From: Methanothrix sp.
GTDB lineage: Archaea; Halobacteriota; Methanosarcinia; Methanotrichales; Methanotrichaceae
Direction of reading: 5' to 3'
DNA: 49,395 bases
Assembly (NCBI GenBank): GCA_035402785.1
Contig: DAONDW010000001.1
Coordinates: 1 to 49,395 of the forward strand
A program made the translations under genes and the position numbers. The notes below the pieces were generated by a model. It ran no database searches. It saw only the letters and a list, made by a program, of their open reading frames with translations, and was not told the origin of the DNA. Below are positions 44,666 through 49,395 of this stretch, piece by piece. How positions within the stretch are numbered: the stretch's first letter is position 1; each line of letters begins with the position of its first letter.

Positions 44666-47275
44666 TCATTGCCTAATGAATCGTTGGGCCAACTCATCGC
44701 AGGCTTTTATCAGATTATCCTTGGCAATCCTCAAGTTTACACCACCAGAGACCTCGATCTCGCCTGCCCCTTTTATGGCAGGCAGACCTATAATGGAAAT
44801 CAATGGCTGAGATGCTTCTAGCTTTAGCTTCCAGCTTAGCTTGGGATCCTCTAAAGCGCTCTTTGCCTCCTTAACGACCTGCATTTGAGAGACATCGTTG
44901 GTCAGTCTATCTAGTACGAATATGATTTGGCCCAAACTCTGCTCTAATGCATTCAATTGCGGGTCTTGTTGATTCAATAAGTCGATATATTTTACGATTA
45001 GATCATAATTACTCATTAAACATTCATCTATATACTCGATCTTTGCTCTTGTCTCAAAATGCTGCTTTGCATTTGCCTCTATGATTTCCTTTTTAGCGTC
45101 ATTCAAATTGGCCTTAAAATTAAGAGCGATCTCGATTAATGGATAGGCATTCGTTATCAATTTGTTCATATTTTCAAGTATATACGAAAGATCCTCGCTT
45201 CTTTCAATGTCTTCTAAAGTCTCATTGGCTGATTGTCCCATTCCCTCCGGTAATATCTTGTATAATGCTCTTAAAGTGTATGTCATTTTTGTGCTGTATT
45301 GATATGCCTTAATGGGGTCGTCCAAAGAGAGAAACTTTGCCTCTTGGTAGATCTCAGCGCCAGGAGCCTCGTATTCGGTGCCTGTTCCATGAGCGATCTG
45401 GCAGATTTGTTCAGCCTTCTTCTGGATCTCCTCAATATCGGCCTGTATTCTCTCTTCAAGGAGTAGATTGCATTTCTTCATCAGCTTGATCGTTCCAGGA
45501 GCACTTTCCACGGCGGCAACCATATGATCAGCAGCTTTATTGCAATACCAGCTATAGGCATTGAGTTTTTCGGCGATCTCCTCAACGGATTTCCTCTTCA
45601 GACTCTTCGCTTCTTGAAGTGCCCTGGCTAAGTTCTCTATCGCCTTTATTAGCTCGTTTTTGCTCTTTGACCCGTCCACCGCCTCCTTTGCCTCTGCCAA
45701 ATACTTTTGGACAGCATCCTGGGAATCTTCTTGAAATGTTAGTGCAAAATAGGAGCGATAAAAGGGATGGCAAAACCTAGCCGGGCTATATTCTGACTCT
45801 TGAGACGATATTTCAAAGTATCCGAGCGCAGCCTCCAGATGCCTTCGCAGAGCATTAATGTCCTCGGATTCTGTGGCCTCGTATACAGATGCTTTTCCCA
45901 AAGAATGATAGGAGAACATCCGAATGCGTCTGTCCTCGTCTTGAGTTAGCCTGTGGAGATCCTGCCATGCCAGGACTTTGTCAGGAACGTGAGGATATGC
46001 GGATCCTAGGGAATATGCTACTTCGAATCGTACACTACTGTCCTCGTCTTGAGTTAGCCTGTGGAGATCCTGCCATGCCAGGACTTTGTCAGGAACGTGA
46101 GGATATGCGGATCTTAGAGATGATACAGCGTTTCTTCGTACATCGTTTTCCTCGTCTTGGGTCAGCTTATGAAGGTCCTGCCACGCCTGGACTTTGTCCG
46201 TGACGTTAGGATATGCAGATCCCAGAGATGATACAGCGCTTCTTCGCACATTGCTATCTGTGTCATGAGTCAGCTTTACGAGATCCTGCCAGGCCTGTCC
46301 TTTGTCTGGTATGTTAGGATAAGCTGATAGCAGGGAAGATACAGTGGTTCCTCGCACAATGCTATCCTCGTCTTGGGTCAATTTATGAAGATCCTGCCAC
46401 GCCTGGACTTTGTCCGTGACGTTACGATATGCAGATCCCAGAGATAATGCCGCCGCAAATCGCACATCGCGATCCATGTCCTGAGTTAGCCTGTGGAGAT
46501 CCTGCCAAGCTTGGACTTTGTCCGGGACGTTACGATATGCAGATGCCATGGATAATGCCGCTCCGTATCGCACACCATTGTTCCCGTCTTGAGTCAGTCT
46601 GTGGAGATCTTTCCAAGCTTGGATTTTGTCAGGAATGTGAGGATACGCGGATCCGAGGGAACGTGCCGCTCCGTATCGCACACCATTGTTCCCGTCTTGA
46701 GTCAGCCTGTGGAGATCTTCCCAAGCTTGGATTTTGTCAGGAATGTGAGGATACGCGGATCCCAGGGAATATGCGGCTTCGAATCGCACACCATTGTCCT
46801 CGTCTTCAGTTAGCCTGTGGAGATCCTGCCCTGCCTGGACGTTGTCAGGAATGTGAGGATATGCAGATCTTAGAGATGCAACAGCGTTTCTTCGTATATC
46901 GTTGTCCTCGTCTTGGGTCAATTTATGAAGATCCTGCCATGCCTGTCCTTTGTCATGAACGTGAGGATATGCGGATCCTAGGGAATGTGCCGCTGCAGAT
47001 CGCACGTCATGATCCTTGTCCTGAATCAGCCTTATGAGATCCTTCCACGCCAGGACTTTGTCGGGAATATAGGGAAAAAGGTTTGAATCCAATGAGAATG
47101 CTGCTATCAATCGCTTCTTGCTATCCTTGTCCTGAGACGTCTTATGAAAATGCTGCCAGGCCCGGACTTGGTGGGAAATGTTGGGAATACCCGGAACAAA
47201 GGATTCTGTATCTTCCTTGCGACCCTCAGTTTTACTATTATTGGCCTTTCTGTAGGTTTCTGCCTGATCAATCAC
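44666..47275 (-). CDS. HEAT-repeat protein (about 12 x 36 aa) with a helical C-terminal region
   Basis: Repeat AWQDLHRLTQDED..VR..AA.SLGSAYPHVPDK; 108-bp DNA period. Confidence 0.9.
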   Translation of the reverse strand: MIDQAETYRKANNSKTEGRKEDTESFVPGIPNISHQVRAWQHFHKTSQDKDSKKRLIAAFSLDSNLFPYIPDKVLAWKDLIRLIQDKDHDVRSAAAHSLGSAYPHVHDKGQAWQDLHKLTQDEDNDIRRNAVASLRSAYPHIPDNVQAGQDLHRLTEDEDNGVRFEAAYSLGSAYPHIPDKIQAWEDLHRLTQDGNNGVRYGAARSLGSAYPHIPDKIQAWKDLHRLTQDGNNGVRYGAALSMASAYRNVPDKVQAWQDLHRLTQDMDRDVRFAAALSLGSAYRNVTDKVQAWQDLHKLTQDEDSIVRGTTVSSLLSAYPNIPDKGQAWQDLVKLTHDTDSNVRRSAVSSLGSAYPNVTDKVQAWQDLHKLTQDEENDVRRNAVSSLRSAYPHVPDKVLAWQDLHRLTQDEDSSVRFEVAYSLGSAYPHVPDKVLAWQDLHRLTQDEDRRIRMFSYHSLGKASVYEATESEDINALRRHLEAALGYFEISSQESEYSPARFCHPFYRSYFALTFQEDSQDAVQKYLAEAKEAVDGSKSKNELIKAIENLARALQEAKSLKRKSVEEIAEKLNAYSWYCNKAADHMVAAVESAPGTIKLMKKCNLLLEERIQADIEEIQKKAEQICQIAHGTGTEYEAPGAEIYQEAKFLSLDDPIKAYQYSTKMTYTLRALYKILPEGMGQSANETLEDIERSEDLSYILENMNKLITNAYPLIEIALNFKANLNDAKKEIIEANAKQHFETRAKIEYIDECLMSNYDLIVKYIDLLNQQDPQLNALEQSLGQIIFVLDRLTNDVSQMQVVKEAKSALEDPKLSWKLKLEASQPLISIIGLPAIKGAGEIEVSGGVNLRIAKDNLIKACDELAQRFIRQ

Positions 47276-47662
47276 TTAGCTTTCCTCCGCAAATCCGTGC
47301 CTCAAGCTGGCCAGTCTGGTCTTGGCCTCGCTCTGGTTCCTCGCCCAGACAAAGTACTCCCTGTAGTCCTCCCGCTCGACCAGGATTCCTTCCGGGACGG
47401 GAGGCCAGCAGAGCGAGACCTCCACGCTCTGCACTTTGCCCTGTAGCACGACAACGCAGACCTTGAATGGCAACAGGCCGCTCTGGATCTGCTCGCCGAA
47501 CATGTCAAACTCGGCAACCTCCAGCTCAGCCGTCTCGTCCGAGGCCATGCGAACGATCTTGAGAACCCGGTCTGCAACCGGCCTGCTGTAGGGGCCATAA
47601 AGGCCGTCTGCTGCATCACTGGCCACAAAGAATGCTTCTCGCATCTTCTCAGTGCTCCTCAC
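47276..47662 (-). CDS. Hypothetical protein
   Basis: ORF in the leftward operon, abutting the HEAT gene. Confidence 0.7.
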   Translation of the reverse strand: MRSTEKMREAFFVASDAADGLYGPYSRPVADRVLKIVRMASDETAELEVAEFDMFGEQIQSGLLPFKVCVVVLQGKVQSVEVSLCWPPVPEGILVEREDYREYFVWARNQSEAKTRLASLRHGFAEES

Positions 47663-47676
47663 TCTGGCAGCGGCAC

Positions 47677-47901
47677 TCAGAGGTCATCCAGGTAATCCTC
47701 ATCGTCGTTCACCAGGGCGTCCGGGCTCATGGCTTCCTTGGCATCGGCCTTCTCAAGAGCGGAGGCAATCTCGAACAGGGAGCATAGCTGGGTGGAGAGC
47801 AACGGGCTCTGGCTCATGAGAAAGATGGTCTGCTTTTCTTCCGGGGTCATCTCGTCGCTGGTCCGCAGCATCTCTTCACGGGAGATGGTGATGGTAATCA
47901 C
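47677..47901 (-). CDS. Small acidic hypothetical protein
   Basis: Operon context; GC-rich third codon positions. Confidence 0.6.
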   Translation of the reverse strand: MITITISREEMLRTSDEMTPEEKQTIFLMSQSPLLSTQLCSLFEIASALEKADAKEAMSPDALVNDDEDYLDDL

Positions 47902-47939
47902 ATGCTCCCGGGTCTGGGGGTCGTCTCTGCGGTCGATCT

Positions 47940-48134
47940 TCAGGCTTTCACCTCCAGGGTCTTGACGAACCTGGCATGAAGCTTCTCTCTTCTCGGTGTG
48001 ACTTGCCCCAGGAAGCAGCCGCCGGCCTGCAAGGACCGGATGTGATGCACACCGGAACAGGGGTCCTGGTCGTCTCCCCTCGGCCCTCTTCGGCAGTAGA
48101 GGCAGGGGACGTAGGCGCTAAGTGGTTTGGGCAT
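47940..48134 (-). CDS. Small Cys-rich hypothetical protein
   Basis: CLYC...C...C; overlaps the upstream ORF. Confidence 0.55.
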   Translation of the reverse strand: MPKPLSAYVPCLYCRRGPRGDDQDPCSGVHHIRSLQAGGCFLGQVTPRREKLHARFVKTLEVKA

Positions 48135-48360
48135 TTTGCGTATTCCTGCCTTTGTACATCGCCTCTAATCTGCGGTATTGCTTAGCAGCTCGGGCGCTCC
48201 TGAATAGCAGTTTTCCATCTTTGCGGTCTATCAGGGACTCGGGATCTCCGAATTCATTCTCCGAGGCCCACATCCTCAGAGCTTCATGATCGTCAGCTTT
48301 TAGCACACCCATGGGCGATCCCACTTCTTGCGATTTTAAGGCTTTAACTGATGGAATCAT
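48118..48360 (-). CDS. Hypothetical protein
   Basis: AAGGAG SD; abuts 48361-48564. Confidence 0.65.
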   Translation of the reverse strand: MIPSVKALKSQEVGSPMGVLKADDHEALRMWASENEFGDPESLIDRKDGKLLFRSARAAKQYRRLEAMYKGRNTQNAQTT

Positions 48361-48564
48361 TTACTCCTTTTTTGCTTCGGCCAGCTTAGCCTCTAGCTCC
48401 TTATTTCTCTCGGTGACCTTTTTGTAATCCAAGAGCAGGTCACTGAGCGCATCTCCCTGGGAGCCGTAGCCTCCATTCACCTGAAAATCGGTCAGCACCT
48501 TCTTGGCCGTGCTAAGAACAGTAACGTTGATCCTATCTATGATCTTCTCTTTAGTTGCAGGCAT
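48361..48564 (-). CDS. Putative ribbon-helix-helix regulator with a coiled-coil tail
   Basis: RINVTV strand, helix, SQGDALSDLL helix; first gene of the operon; TTTATATG about 25 bp upstream. Confidence 0.65.
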   Translation of the reverse strand: MPATKEKIIDRINVTVLSTAKKVLTDFQVNGGYGSQGDALSDLLLDYKKVTERNKELEAKLAEAKKE

Positions 48565-48567
48565 AGT

Positions 48568-48598
48568 TGTAAGCGTAAGCGTAGCTTACATATAAACA
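48568..48598 (-). promoter_or_regulatory. TATA box plus inverted-repeat operator TGTAAGC-N9-GCTTACA
   Basis: The palindrome lies between the TATA box (48589-48596) and the start codon. Confidence 0.65.
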
Positions 48599-48629
48599 TT
48601 GCGAAGTTTTACGGAACTGTTAGGAGGAG

Positions 48630-49185
48630 GGCCTGGACCGGCCCTTTCGGAGAGGGCCGAAGGGGGCCTCTCCCCCCTAAATGCAGCTGCTTGAGCTTCT
48701 TTTTCTGGGGTGCCGCGCGCGGGTGTTACGCGCGGGAAGGGTGGGGGCGCACTCAGGCGCCGTGCGGGCTTCCCCTAACCCCATACACGGGGGACATTTC
48801 CTGGAGTATCCGGTGTTTCAGGCAGAATGGCATTTGCATGCCTGCTATTTCCGGGGCGGGAGTTCTCGGCCTTAGGTCTAGGGGGCACAGGGCCTCTGTC
48901 AGTAATCAGGGGGCATGAGCTTTCCTGCACTTTCTGCCCTTCAGGTTGATCAGGGCATGCGAATAGGCACACTCCTGCGCGCGGACCCCCTACCAGTGGG
49001 GGTCCGTGCTCGTTGCTGTGGGAATTAACGTAAAACCCTTCCGGGTTTTACTTCCAGACCCGAACGGGCCAGGATGGTCTGGGCTAGAGTTGGCCCTTGG
49101 GCTGGATTTTGATCTATGACATTTTCAGAAATAATGTAAAAAATGTCATAGAACTTTTTTGAGGGTGGACCTCTTCAAAAGGTGC
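48630..49185 (+). other. Hairpin-dense non-coding region (origin-like or structured RNA)
   Basis: GGCCCTTT/AGAGGGCC, GCGGACCCCC/GGGGGTCCGT, GTAAAACCC/GGGTTTTAC, TCTATGACATTTT/AAAATGTCATAGA and others. Confidence 0.55.
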
Positions 49186-49309
49186 ATTTTGTGGCCCCGC
49201 CATGATTAAATTTAGCGTCTATTGCTATCGATTTCTATTGCTTTTCTGTCGCGCAGCTTTGCCGCTCGGATGCTCTGCAGGCCGGAAAAAGGGCCAGTCT
49301 TCGGCCAAT

Positions 49310-49370
49310 TGTAAGCGTAATAGTAAGCGTAAGCGTAATGCTTATAAGCCCAAAGGTAGGGTATATACTA
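49310..49370 (+). promoter_or_regulatory. GTAAGC repeat cluster and TATA box of a rightward promoter; the gene begins at the window edge
   Basis: GTAAGC at 49311, 49323, 49329; GCTTAT at 49340; TATATAC at 49362; SD GGAGGT at 49381. Confidence 0.55.
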
Positions 49371-49395
49371 AGAACTTTTGGGAGGTTCGAAAAAT

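Noticed and set aside
45889-47037. Cys-rich repeat ORFs on the + strand
   Set aside because: Antisense shadows of the HEAT-repeat gene
1-49395. tRNA/rRNA genes, att sites, IS transposases
   Set aside because: None recognised by eye; element boundaries are not visible in this window

Overview
Archaeal mobile DNA, most likely from a Methanothrix/Methanosarcinales-type methanogen (MC1 chromatin genes, DUF1699, TATA-type promoters). No housekeeping genes are seen. The left part (1-17.6 kb) is accessory cargo: a duplicated wHTH/nucleotidyltransferase (type IV TA-like) module, a ComEC-like MBL nuclease with DUF3006, MC1, AT-rich membrane and secreted genes (including an NlpC/P60-TPR hydrolase and a VWA/beta-propeller protein), and two dead tyrosine-integrase remnants. 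The centre (17.6-25.5 kb) is plasmid-like: parA, a partner gene built from 7-bp DNA repeats, two paralogous coiled-coil/wHTH-like genes and small regulators. The right part (26.9-44.5 kb) is a head-tail (Caudoviricetes-type) morphogenesis operon with a split terminase, portal, minor head, scaffold, major capsid, head-tail and tail-tip genes. It has no recognisable tail tube or canonical tape measure, but encodes a 1118-aa acidic protein with 8+8 matched repeats that looks like a giant helical hairpin. A leftward small-gene/HEAT-repeat operon and a hairpin-dense intergenic region end the window. Best novelty candidates: the hairpin virion protein, several long highly base-paired non-coding elements (especially 10.23-10.74 kb), and a heptad-repeat centromere candidate embedded in a coding sequence. 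All family calls are by-eye motif recognition; no searches were run.
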